DNA of 48,301 nucleotides, from positions 1 through 48,301 of the forward strand of contig CAYPVP010000003.1 of the NCBI GenBank assembly GCA_964414205.1. Direction: 5' to 3'. Positions 34,668-43,830 of this stretch are shown here, piece after piece. The notes under the pieces are model-generated. The model was not told where the DNA came from, did not search any database, and was given only the letters and a program-made list of their open reading frames with translations. The DNA comes from an uncultured Bacteroidaceae bacterium. Its GTDB lineage: Bacteria > Bacillota > Clostridia > Christensenellales > CAG-917. The translations under genes were made by a program, and so were the position numbers. How positions within the stretch are numbered: position 1 is the stretch's first letter; each line of letters begins with the position of its first letter.

Positions 34668-35228
34668 TCAATCTCTTGAACTTTGATAGCGTGGCAAAAT
34701 TGCCAAAAACACACCAAGGAACAAATATACAATTGAAATTATGCCCACACTGAATGAAAGTGGGTCATTCTTTGAAAGTTCTTGCAAATAGGACACATTG
34801 TTGAAAGAAGTGTCTCCATTTTTCAGTGCCACAAAAAGTGGGAAGAAACAAAGCAAAACTGATGTCGCACATATCAATGCAGGCAAAATTATATGTTCAA
34901 TTTTTGCAAATTTTCCAAACAGCAAATGGAATATGTCACGAATGATTGCAATGAACGAAAACAACAACAATAGAATTGGTGTGAACCACACAAGTCCATT
35001 CAACCAATCAGTCTTGAAAAGTTGAGACAGTTCAGCAATGCCTTCTGCTGAAAAAATTTTCAAAAATTGTCCAATTCCGTTGAAATATTGCAAAGTAGGC
35101 ATGCTACCAGTTGATTGAATGACATTGATACTTACAAGATACGAAATTATGTTTATTGCAAAGAAGAATGCACTAAACAAAAACATAATCAAACAACGAG
35201 TGCGTTGTGGTCTTGAAAAAACAGCCAT
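34668..35228 (-). CDS. Hypothetical integral membrane protein (about 5 TM)
   Basis: 186-aa ORF with AAAGGAGAAAAT upstream of ATG 35228. Hydrophobic helices run throughout. Confidence 0.6.
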   Translation of the reverse strand: MAVFSRPQRTRCLIMFLFSAFFFAINIISYLVSINVIQSTGSMPTLQYFNGIGQFLKIFSAEGIAELSQLFKTDWLNGLVWFTPILLLLFSFIAIIRDIFHLLFGKFAKIEHIILPALICATSVLLCFFPLFVALKNGDTSFNNVSYLQELSKNDPLSFSVGIISIVYLFLGVFLAILPRYQSSRD

Positions 35229-35306
35229 ATTTTCTCCTTTGTTTTGTCAATTTGTTTTGAAAACAAATTTGAATGAAAAACGATTTGATTTGTATTTTAG
35301 CAATGC

Positions 35307-36128
35307 CTAGTTGAGTTTTGGAAGTCTAGGCTTGCGTTTGACAGAGGCCGTGATGATTGAAGCAATGAAATTTATTGCCGAAGCAACAGCCAGTGCAAAC
35401 ACAACTGAATTTGTTGTGATTGTTCCAATCATGAGTTCTGCAAAATTGAATTCAAATTTTGCAATCAACATAATAATTGGTTCTGCAAAAATAGTGATTG
35501 CTGACACCAACAGTGCAAAAACTGCAAAAATGACGTTCCACGCTCTTGAAAACTTTGATGTGCAAAAGCCAATGAAGTTTGCAAACAAAGTGATGACAGA
35601 GAAAACAAGCAAAGCAAATTGCAGAGCATAATAGATGCCTGAAACAAGTTGTTCACCTTGGAACAAAAGTGCAATGCTTTGAAAATCTGTCGCAAGCAAA
35701 TAGACAAAGTTTAAGCCTCCAACATTTTGGAACATAGCATTGAGTCCAGCATTTTGAAAATCAAAAATGTTCAAACTCAGCAAAAGTCCAAGAATGTTGA
35801 AAACAACAATTGCAAGTGGAAAAAGCATCATAACAAAAGCACGACTTCTGACTTTATATTTTGTTTTAGAGGCCTTTTTTTGTTTTGTGTTGTCGGCATT
35901 TTCGGCATGCATAACTTGTTGAGAAATCTCACTCGTGTTTGTTGCCGTGATTGGTTGAACAAGTGTTTCTGTTCGTTCTTGTGGAAGAATTGCAGAAGAG
36001 ATGTCAACACTGATTGTGACACCACATTTTGGGTTTGGACATTTTATTCTGTGTTTATAGCCAACTGGGGCATTTGCAGGTGGCTCAAAACTGATTTCAG
36101 TTTTGCAACTTGGGCATCTTGTATACAT
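35307..36128 (-). CDS. Zinc-ribbon (MJ0042-type) membrane protein
   Basis: N-terminus MYTRCPSCKTEISF...IKCPNPKCGVTISV has two CxxC pairs. About five TM helices follow. Start moved to ATG 36128 after AGGAGA. Confidence 0.65.
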   Translation of the reverse strand: MYTRCPSCKTEISFEPPANAPVGYKHRIKCPNPKCGVTISVDISSAILPQERTETLVQPITATNTSEISQQVMHAENADNTKQKKASKTKYKVRSRAFVMMLFPLAIVVFNILGLLLSLNIFDFQNAGLNAMFQNVGGLNFVYLLATDFQSIALLFQGEQLVSGIYYALQFALLVFSVITLFANFIGFCTSKFSRAWNVIFAVFALLVSAITIFAEPIIMLIAKFEFNFAELMIGTITTNSVVFALAVASAINFIASIITASVKRKPRLPKLN

Positions 36129-36266
36129 GTTGTCTCCTAATTTACATGATATTATATCCACATCTAAATCATTTTAAAACAAATGATATTTGATGTCAAC
36201 AACTCCAAATTAAAATATTTTTGAAGATATGAACTCCAAACACAATATATTGTGGCTTTGCAAAGC

Positions 36267-36298
36267 AAAAACAAAAAAAGTCCACAACATGTGGACTT
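36267..36298 (-). terminator. Rho-independent terminator
   Basis: AGTCCACA / TGTGGACT stem (36279-36297). The minus-strand T-run corresponds to the plus-strand A-run 36272-36279. Confidence 0.75.
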
Positions 36299-36334
36299 TA
36301 CAATTTTGTAAATTATTTTTTCATAGTTTGTTGA

Positions 36335-36874
36335 TTATTTCAATGTAACAATGAATTTTGCATCTTTTTTGACGACCAAATCAGAAACGCCATATTTTGG
36401 AGCATCGCCATTTTTCTCGGTTGAAACAGCATAGAAAGTTGTTCCATTCCAAACGATGGTGTCGCTTTCAACAATCATTTCTGCATTTGATTTGTCATTT
36501 GTGTAGAAAACAAATGATTTTGTGTCAGAAGATTTCATAATTCCCAATTGAGTGATGATTGGAAAGTCTTTCACTGTTTTGATGTCAAAAGTATAAACAA
36601 TTTTGTTGCTTGCCTTTGCACCTGTGAGCAAATCATGCAACGATTGAGCGCCGTTTTTTCCATAGATGTGTGAAACTGATGAATCGGTTGTTGTGATTTT
36701 ATAGTTCCAATAGATTGTGTTTTCTTTGTCAATTTCACCAATTTCAATGACAAGTGAGTTTTCAGGTGCAAGAACTGGTGGCTTTGGGTCACAAGCAGTC
36801 ATGCAAACAGCAGAAACAGCAATCAAAGTTGCAACCAAAAAGAAAATGGCTGATTTTTTAAAAATTTTATTCAT
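36335..36874 (-). CDS. Secreted lipoprotein of unknown function (possibly DUF4430-like)
   Basis: Signal peptide with lipobox (AVCMTAC). GGAGG RBS. 179 aa. The DUF4430 resemblance is by eye only. Confidence 0.6.
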   Translation of the reverse strand: MNKIFKKSAIFFLVATLIAVSAVCMTACDPKPPVLAPENSLVIEIGEIDKENTIYWNYKITTTDSSVSHIYGKNGAQSLHDLLTGAKASNKIVYTFDIKTVKDFPIITQLGIMKSSDTKSFVFYTNDKSNAEMIVESDTIVWNGTTFYAVSTEKNGDAPKYGVSDLVVKKDAKFIVTLK

Positions 36875-37295
36875 AATTTTGCCTCCGTGAGCAATGTATC
36901 AAGTTTTGATTGAAAACAATTCAATATGAAAAATTTTAGTTTAAATATGCTGTTTTGTCAAGCATAAAGTTTTGTTGTACAAATTGAAGGGGACTCAAAA
37001 AATGGAATTTTGCAAGAATTGTACAAAATTGTTTGACATACACTCAATTTTGAAGCAATAGTGCCGATTTTGTCACGCAGGTCAAAACTCAATCAACAAT
37101 GTCAAACACCAACGCAGTGACTCAACACAACACAAACGAAACAAAAAATAAATGAATTATTAAACATGAAATTTAAAAATAAAAATGAATACAAAAAAAA
37201 TCATTTGTTAACCTTGAAAATAAAAAGAAAAAAACTAAGCAAAAACAAATCACTTGTCAAACATGAAATTCAAAAGAAAAAAGCGAATACAAAAT

Positions 37296-37327
37296 AAACA
37301 AAAATAAAAGCAGAGAAATTTCTCTGC
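37296..37327 (-). terminator. Rho-independent terminator
   Basis: GCAGAGAAA / TTTCTCTGC palindrome (37310-37327), followed on the minus strand by TTTTATTTTTG. Confidence 0.8.
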
Positions 37328-37337
37328 TAAAATTTGG

Positions 37338-37667
37338 CTATGCTTCTTGTTTGGTTTGAAGTTTGTCCATCATTTTTTGTTTTAGATTCAGATAGGCATT
37401 TGAAATTTCCAAAACATATCTTTGTCTGTCACTTGATTCCAACGAATTCAACAGTCTTCTGTCGCACAGTTGCGAAATTGGATTTTTGATTTCTTGTCCT
37501 TGATTCAAAATTTCTCGCATTTTTGACAGCACCGTCAGTTCCATTGGTGTCAGTTTTTGCATGTCCGAAACGGTATGCATGTTGTGATAGTTGTTCTCCT
37601 GCAATCGCATTTTTGCCTCACTTGCAAGATTGCGAATCTTGCACATTGGATGTTTGATGTTACTCAT
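37338..37667 (-). CDS. Hypothetical protein (109 aa)
   Basis: ATG 37667 is preceded by GGGGAGGA. I recognise no motif. Confidence 0.55.
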   Translation of the reverse strand: MSNIKHPMCKIRNLASEAKMRLQENNYHNMHTVSDMQKLTPMELTVLSKMREILNQGQEIKNPISQLCDRRLLNSLESSDRQRYVLEISNAYLNLKQKMMDKLQTKQEA

Positions 37668-37855
37668 ATAAATCCTCCCCTTAAACACGAATATATCACA
37701 CAATGTCAACAAAAAAATTGCAAAGCAAAATTAGAGCAAAAATGCCAAAAGAAGTCTAAAAATTGAAAAATTCGACAATAAATTTTGTAAAGTGAAAAAA
37801 GGTATAAAATGCCTGATTGTGTCCGAACTTGCATTTTATACAATCAAAAGGCAAG

Positions 37856-40192
37856 TTAAAATGCCTTTTCTGAAACAATTTGTTTCAACTTGGAAATTGT
37901 GTCGCTGGCATCTTTTGCATAGATGCAGTTGATTTCTTTTGCAAAACTTTGGGTGATGACAGCGCCACCAACAATGATTTTGAGGTTAGGAAAAATTTTT
38001 CTTGTTTCGCAAACAGTGACAGCCATATTTTCAGCCGTGGTTGTCATGAGTGCCGACAATCCCAAAATGCAAGGGTAGTTTTGTTTAACAGCATCAACAA
38101 CTTTTTGAACTTTAACATCTCGTCCCAAATCAATGACTTTGTAGCCATAGTTTGAAACCACAGTTTTGACAATGTTTTTTCCAATGTCGTGAATGTCGCC
38201 TTGAACGGTTGCCAAAACAAACGTTGCTTCATAGTTTTGTTTTTTGTCAGTTTCTTGCAGTTTATGTTCAATTTGTTCAAAAACGCATTTTGCTGAATCG
38301 GCTGATGCAATCAACTGTGGCAAAAACAATTTTCCTTGTTCATACAATTTTCCAACTTCATCAAGTGCTGGAATGATGAATTTTTGAGAAAGTTCCAAAG
38401 GTTGAATTGCAATCATCAATTTTTTTGCCAAATTGACAGCGAGTCCACTTTGACCTGTGATGATTGCATCTTCAATGCTCATGTTTGTTTCGGAAACTTG
38501 TTTGACAACAAAGTTGTTTGCATTTTGAATGTATTTTTCGCTTGCATTGTCTTTTGCAAGCAAAAAGTTTTTTGCAAGTTCACTGCCTTTCAAACCTTTG
38601 AACGCAGGGTTGACAATGGCAAGATTCAAGCCATTTTCAACTGCCATTTCCAAAAACATGGCATTGATGTCTTCTCTGTTTGGCATTCCAAATGAAATGT
38701 TGGACACGCCAAGAGCAGTTTTGATGCCCAAACTTTTGACACCTTTCAAAGCGTTTAGAGTGGAAAGAGCATTGCCCTTTTGACTTGCCTCTGACATGGT
38801 CAATGTGTCAATGACAACATCATTTTTGTCAATTCCACATTGTTGACAGGCATTGACAATTTTTGTTGCAATTTCAACTCGTTTGTCAGATTCAAAAGGA
38901 ATTCCGTTTTCATCCAAAGTCAGCCCAATGACGACTGCGCCATATTTTTTCACCACTGGCAAAATTGTTTTCAAACTTTCATCTGAACCGTTGACGGAGT
39001 TAACAATGGCTTTTCCGTGATAGAGCCTGAGTGCTTGTTCGATTGCTTGTGGCTTGGAACTGTCGATTTGCAAAGGCAAAGTGCAAACATTTTGCAATTT
39101 TTGAACAACAGTTTTCATTGCCAAAACTTCATCAATGCCCGAAACTCCAACATTGACATCAAGAATGTCAGCACCCTGAGATTGTTGCTTGACGCCTTCG
39201 GAAATCAAAAAGTCAAAATCTCCTTCTCTGATTGCTTGTTGAACTCTTTTTTTGCCTGTTGGGTTGATTCTTTCGCCAACAATTTTGTTTCCATCAAGTG
39301 AAACAGCCATTGATTGGGAACAAATTATGCAAGATTTTTCTACTTTTTGTTTTTCAAATGTTTCATTTTTGAATTTGGACAACAGTTTGATGTAGTGTGG
39401 CGATGTTCCACAGCACCCACCAAGCACATTTATGCCAAGTTTTTTGATTTGGTAAACGGCATCAGCAAATTGTTGTGCTGAAATGCCATAAATTGTTTTT
39501 CCGTTTTCAAATTTTGGCATTCCAGCATTTGCTTTGATAAAAATTGGCAGATTTGTGAGCCTTGCAAATTCTTTTGCAACTGGCAACATTTCGATTGGAC
39601 CAAGTGAGCAATTTGCTCCAATCATGTCAACTCCAAGCCCAACAGCAGTCACAACAAAACATTCAACTGATGTGCCAAAAAAAGTTCGACAGTTTTCATC
39701 AAAAGACATTGAAACGGCAAGTGGAAGATTTGAAGTTTCTTTGCAAGCCAAAATGGCAGCACGCATTTCTGCCAACGATGTCATTGTTTCGACAACGATA
39801 AAATCTGTTTTGTCATTTGCAATTTCAACAATTTCTTTGAAAGCAGAAATTGCATCTTCAAAGTCAATTCCACCTTCTCCAATCACTTTTCCGAGAGGTC
39901 CAATGTCCAGTGCGACATATTTTGGGTTTGCTTGTCTTGCGATTGAAATTGCCGAAGTGATGACGTTTTGCAGTTTATCATGGCTGAATTTGAAATGGTT
40001 TGCACCAAAAGTGTTGGTGTAGACAACATCGCTTCCACTGTCAACGTAGTCTTTGTGACAAGACAAAACAATGTCTGGCGATTCAATGTTGAGTTTTTCC
40101 AAAAAGTAGCCAACAGGTTTTTGAGTTCTTTCAAGAAGCAAACTTCCCATAGCGCCATCAAGCACAAGGTTTTGATTGAAAAGAGTTGTCAT
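37856..40192 (-). CDS. metH: Cobalamin-dependent methionine synthase, short form (Hcy-binding, pterin-binding and B12-binding modules, no activation domain)
   Basis: N-terminal homocysteine S-methyltransferase module (GANCSLGP, GGCCGTSP). Pterin-binding barrel. C-terminal B12 motif GDIHDIGKNIV (DxHxxG). 778 aa. Confidence 0.9.
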   Translation of the reverse strand: MTTLFNQNLVLDGAMGSLLLERTQKPVGYFLEKLNIESPDIVLSCHKDYVDSGSDVVYTNTFGANHFKFSHDKLQNVITSAISIARQANPKYVALDIGPLGKVIGEGGIDFEDAISAFKEIVEIANDKTDFIVVETMTSLAEMRAAILACKETSNLPLAVSMSFDENCRTFFGTSVECFVVTAVGLGVDMIGANCSLGPIEMLPVAKEFARLTNLPIFIKANAGMPKFENGKTIYGISAQQFADAVYQIKKLGINVLGGCCGTSPHYIKLLSKFKNETFEKQKVEKSCIICSQSMAVSLDGNKIVGERINPTGKKRVQQAIREGDFDFLISEGVKQQSQGADILDVNVGVSGIDEVLAMKTVVQKLQNVCTLPLQIDSSKPQAIEQALRLYHGKAIVNSVNGSDESLKTILPVVKKYGAVVIGLTLDENGIPFESDKRVEIATKIVNACQQCGIDKNDVVIDTLTMSEASQKGNALSTLNALKGVKSLGIKTALGVSNISFGMPNREDINAMFLEMAVENGLNLAIVNPAFKGLKGSELAKNFLLAKDNASEKYIQNANNFVVKQVSETNMSIEDAIITGQSGLAVNLAKKLMIAIQPLELSQKFIIPALDEVGKLYEQGKLFLPQLIASADSAKCVFEQIEHKLQETDKKQNYEATFVLATVQGDIHDIGKNIVKTVVSNYGYKVIDLGRDVKVQKVVDAVKQNYPCILGLSALMTTTAENMAVTVCETRKIFPNLKIIVGGAVITQSFAKEINCIYAKDASDTISKLKQIVSEKAF

Positions 40193-40200
40193 TTGGTCAC

Positions 40201-40824
40201 CTATTTTTTCGATTTGTAGTTTTTGCAGTAGCCAACAAAGGCTGAAACTGTTTTTGATGGCAACATCATGTTTCCATCAGTGAGTTGAATCCCCAAAACT
40301 TTTTCAGCATTCAAAACATCAAGAAAAGATTTTTGAAAATTGAGAGATGTGTCACCATAGCCCAAACTGAATCTTGGTGTAGTGAACATATTTTCTTTTT
40401 CTGCGATTGTTGAAAGATTGTTTGAAATTTCATCGCAAAATTTTTCTATCAATTCAAGATAGGCAAAATTGAGAAGAACAGCAAGTTGAATGTCAGAAAC
40501 TTTGGCTTTTTCAATTTCAAAATCAGGTTGCCTGCCTAGTGTTGCACAGAACATAGCAATTTTGCTTGAATTTGCAAAGTGCGTTGCCAAACTTTTGGAC
40601 GGAATGCGCAAAGTTGCACCATTGATGTTTATGATTGGCAATTTTTCGTTCAAGTCATTTTTTTCAATGTTGAAATCAAAATCTCTCACAACAAACTTTG
40701 GTGTGATTGAAGCATTGGCAATTTCAACAGCCTTTTCAAGAGTTGTTGAATCGTGAAAAAGTGGAGTGACTGAATGTGAATAGGCATTCATCAATTCTTT
40801 TTGTGTGATGAAAACATTGTTCAT
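40201..40824 (-). CDS. Stand-alone methionine synthase activation (AdoMet-binding) domain protein
   Basis: 207 aa, located between metF and metH with translational coupling (ATGA overlap with metF). Carries a C-terminal RFSLGYGD-like motif typical of Met_synt_B12. Split arrangement as seen in Clostridia and Thermotoga. Confidence 0.7.
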   Translation of the reverse strand: MNNVFITQKELMNAYSHSVTPLFHDSTTLEKAVEIANASITPKFVVRDFDFNIEKNDLNEKLPIININGATLRIPSKSLATHFANSSKIAMFCATLGRQPDFEIEKAKVSDIQLAVLLNFAYLELIEKFCDEISNNLSTIAEKENMFTTPRFSLGYGDTSLNFQKSFLDVLNAEKVLGIQLTDGNMMLPSKTVSAFVGYCKNYKSKK

Positions 40825-41678
40825 TTTCTTGCTCCTTCAAAATGATTGAAAATTCTTGTTGCGACTTTGCCTTTGTTCATTGTGTAAAGGTGAATGCCAT
40901 CAACTCCGTTTTGATGCAAATCTTCAATTTGTTTGATTGCAAAATTTATGCCTTGTTCAAAAAAGTATGGACTGTTTTTGTTTTCATCAAACAGTGTTTG
41001 CAAATTTTGTGGAATAGATGCGTTTGACAATGCGACAATTCTTGAAACTTGTGTTTCGTTGACAATTGGCATGATTCCTGCTTCAACAGGCAAATTTATG
41101 TTTTGTTGTTTAAGTTTGTTGAGAAATGTATAAAATTTTTCGTTGTCAAAAAACATTTGAGTGATGAGATGTTCAATTCCTGAATCGACTTTTCGTTTGA
41201 GATTGTCAATGTCTTCATCAATGTTTTTTGATTCTGGGTGCTTTTCAGGATAGCATGCTCCAATCAAATTGAATTCAGGTGCAATTTTTTTGATTGCCAA
41301 AGCAAGTTCGTTGGCGTGCCTAAAATTGAAAAATTGCGAGGAATCACAAATGTCACCTCTCAAAACCAAAATGTTGAAAATGTTTTTTCGTCTCAAAATC
41401 TCAATTTCTTTTTCAAGTTTTTGTTCAGTCATGTTGACTGCTGTCATGTGAGCGACAGTTTGCATGTCAAAAGCATCATGTGCAATGGTTGCAACATCGG
41501 CAGCCGTTTCAGCACCATTTCCACCAGCGCCATAGGTGATTGAAACAAAATCTGGATTGAGTTTTTGAATGTCTTTCAAGGCTCTGACAACAACTTCAAT
41601 GCTACCACTTGTTTTTGGTGGAAAGACTTCTGCTGACATAACAAATTTTTTGTTTGAAAAAATTTCCCCTGTTTTCAT
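40821..41678 (-). CDS. metF: Methylenetetrahydrofolate reductase
   Basis: N-terminus FSAEVFPPKT ... SITYGAGG, typical of MetF. Start moved to ATG 41678 after AGGGGA. Confidence 0.85.
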   Translation of the reverse strand: MKTGEIFSNKKFVMSAEVFPPKTSGSIEVVVRALKDIQKLNPDFVSITYGAGGNGAETAADVATIAHDAFDMQTVAHMTAVNMTEQKLEKEIEILRRKNIFNILVLRGDICDSSQFFNFRHANELALAIKKIAPEFNLIGACYPEKHPESKNIDEDIDNLKRKVDSGIEHLITQMFFDNEKFYTFLNKLKQQNINLPVEAGIMPIVNETQVSRIVALSNASIPQNLQTLFDENKNSPYFFEQGINFAIKQIEDLHQNGVDGIHLYTMNKGKVATRIFNHFEGARK

Positions 41679-41786
41679 AGTTTCCCCTACTACTTTCAAA
41701 AATACTTTGAAAAATGAATTATAATTTTTTTCAGTATAGCATTGATTGAGAAATATGTCGACAAATTAAGAATGAGAGAAAAGTGA

Positions 41787-41832
41787 AATTCACACTCAAA
41801 CCTTGAAGAAAGATGAGAGTGTGAATTTTTTA
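41787..41832. terminator. 12-bp-stem hairpin, terminator-like in both directions
   Basis: AAATTCACACTC (41787-41798) / GAGTGTGAATTT (41817-41828). A T-run follows on the plus strand and TCACTTTTCTC follows on the minus strand. Lies between the COG4908 gene and the metF promoter. Confidence 0.6.
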
Positions 41833-41863
41833 TATGCTGTAAAAAAAATAAGATGTAGCAAAG

Positions 41864-42093
41864 CAAACTGTAAATGCTGAAAAGCAAAAAAAGATGTCGC
41901 AAAGCAAACTGTGAAATGCTGAAAAGCAAATTATTATGTTGAAATCAAACAGTTGTGATGTTGAAATCAACCTGTCAGATTCCACAATTCAAACTTTGCT
42001 ATGTCACAAATCAATGAGGTTGAAAAACAAACTATGTTATGTGGCAATTCAAACTTTGCTATGTTGAAAAGCAAACTATGACATGTTGTAGAC
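41864..42093. repeat. Degenerate tandem array of about 11 units with 20-22 bp period (CAAACTnTGnnATGyTG-like)
   Basis: Units start at 41864, 41885, 41905, 41927, 41946, 41968, 41990, 42012, 42028, 42050 and 42072. The last unit overlaps the stop codon of the 42076..43545 CDS. Confidence 0.75.
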
Positions 42094-43545
42094 TTTGTTG
42101 TATCTTTTTCTTTTGATGCTGGGTTTCAAAGAATTGTCGGTGTTTGATTCAACAACAATTTCAACTCCTTCTTTTGTAAGAATTTCAACTGCATTTTTTT
42201 CAAACTCAAAACTCTTTATGTTTCGCGTGAATGCCAAGACATAGTGGTTGTTGAAACTGATTGAAGAACAGGAATAGTGATTGTGCAGTGATGGCGTAAT
42301 CAAAAATTCATATCTGTCAACAAGCGATTGAAATTCATCAGGAGTTTTCACTCTGCCAATGGCAGAAAAAGCAACGGTAGTTGGAATTTCGCCAACAATT
42401 CTAGAAGCCAATTTCATGCCAAAAGTTTTGAAACAAAGAGGAATAGCACCCAAAATAGGGCTTTTTTGGTCACGAATGTTTGTGTTTATGTTTTTGACAA
42501 GCCAATCTTTTTCGGTGCATTCTGCCAAACGAGATTTGATTTTGTCAATGATTTCTTGCAGTGTAGCATTGTCGTTTTTTTCGCCAATTTGAGCAAAATA
42601 GGCAAAGTTGCGAACTGTTTCAGATTGAAGTCGTGTTCTAAGGTTGATTGGAATTTCCAAAACGATTGGTTTTTTGCTGTTGGTGTTTTTCTTGCATTTT
42701 TGTGATGCTTTTATCAAAACTGCTGAAAGAAAATGTGTTATGGAGCAATCATATTTTTTTGCTGTCGCTTTGAGTTGGTCTTCTTTCATGTTGAGCAAGT
42801 TGATTTCTGTGTTTTTTCCAAGAGATTTGCCTTTGAGAGTGAACGCAGGAACGCCTGTGCGAGAAGCAAAAGATTTGAGGTCTGCATGGCGAGCATAACT
42901 GTCTTCCATTTCGTCAACAGTTGGTTGATTGTTTATGTCAAGTCGGTTTGTCATTGACGCAATTTTGTGACCAGTCAATTCAAAATAGCGAGCCATCAAT
43001 GTGTTGACAAAAAGCACAGCACCAGTTCCATCGGTCAAACAGTGAAAAACTTCAAAGCCGATTCTGTTTTTTTTGAAAGTAACACGGAACAAATGCTGTT
43101 CTGATTTGAGCGAAACAGGCAAACAAGGTGTTTCCCCGTCTTGACTTATGCGAGCCTTTTCTTTTGTTTTTTGAAGATAAAACCAAAAAACACCTGCTTT
43201 CAAAACGCAGTCGAAAGTAGGAAAGCGTTTGACAGTGTCTTCAAGTGCTTGTTGCAAAGGTGCAAGTTGAACATTATCGTTCAAAACAACTGAAATGCGA
43301 AAAACCATGTTCCATGTTCGTGATTTGTTTGCAGGATAAATTTTTGCAGCATTGTCCAAAGGATACCAGTTGTCATCTTTGCTTGGAACAATGTCTTCAT
43401 TGATGTGCCACTTGCCAGAAAGTGATTTGGTTTTCTCTTTTTGTGGGGAGGCAAAACTGCTGTTTTTCAAAGTGTTTTCGAGTTCAGCCTCAGCAGAAAT
43501 TTGAAAACATTCCATATTTTTTTCTTCTTTTTTTTGTTCAATCAT
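42076..43545 (-). CDS. Condensation-domain-like acyltransferase (COG4908 / alcohol acetyltransferase-like)
   Basis: HCLTDGTGA matches the HxxxDG catalytic motif of the CAT/condensation/WS-DGAT superfamily. N-terminal WYPLDNAAKIYPA block. GGAG RBS. 489 aa. Confidence 0.65.
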   Translation of the reverse strand: MIEQKKEEKNMECFQISAEAELENTLKNSSFASPQKEKTKSLSGKWHINEDIVPSKDDNWYPLDNAAKIYPANKSRTWNMVFRISVVLNDNVQLAPLQQALEDTVKRFPTFDCVLKAGVFWFYLQKTKEKARISQDGETPCLPVSLKSEQHLFRVTFKKNRIGFEVFHCLTDGTGAVLFVNTLMARYFELTGHKIASMTNRLDINNQPTVDEMEDSYARHADLKSFASRTGVPAFTLKGKSLGKNTEINLLNMKEDQLKATAKKYDCSITHFLSAVLIKASQKCKKNTNSKKPIVLEIPINLRTRLQSETVRNFAYFAQIGEKNDNATLQEIIDKIKSRLAECTEKDWLVKNINTNIRDQKSPILGAIPLCFKTFGMKLASRIVGEIPTTVAFSAIGRVKTPDEFQSLVDRYEFLITPSLHNHYSCSSISFNNHYVLAFTRNIKSFEFEKNAVEILTKEGVEIVVESNTDNSLKPSIKRKRYNKVYNMS

Positions 43546-43830
43546 AATTTACTCCAAATAAATGGTAAACAAAAATCAATTTGAAACAATGCTTGAAGTG
43601 TTTTGCAATGTTTGTGAGGTTTGCTACCTAAACAGATTATATACCATATTTCACAAAACATGCAAGCGAAAAACAAGAAAAATCTGAAAACAATTTTGCC
43701 AGCATAGAAAAATATAGATAAAATCACGCAAAATAATGGAGAAAGAATAGCAATAAAATGTTGATAATCTTGACATTGACTATAATTTGTGGCATACTTT
43801 TTTAGATTATCAAAATAAGGACAAGAAAAA

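Noticed and set aside
41679-42075. SAM (S-box) riboswitch or T-box upstream of metF
   Set aside because: I looked on the minus strand for conserved S-box elements and a T-box sequence and found none by eye. Only a plain hairpin and the repeat array are present. A covariance-model search is still needed.
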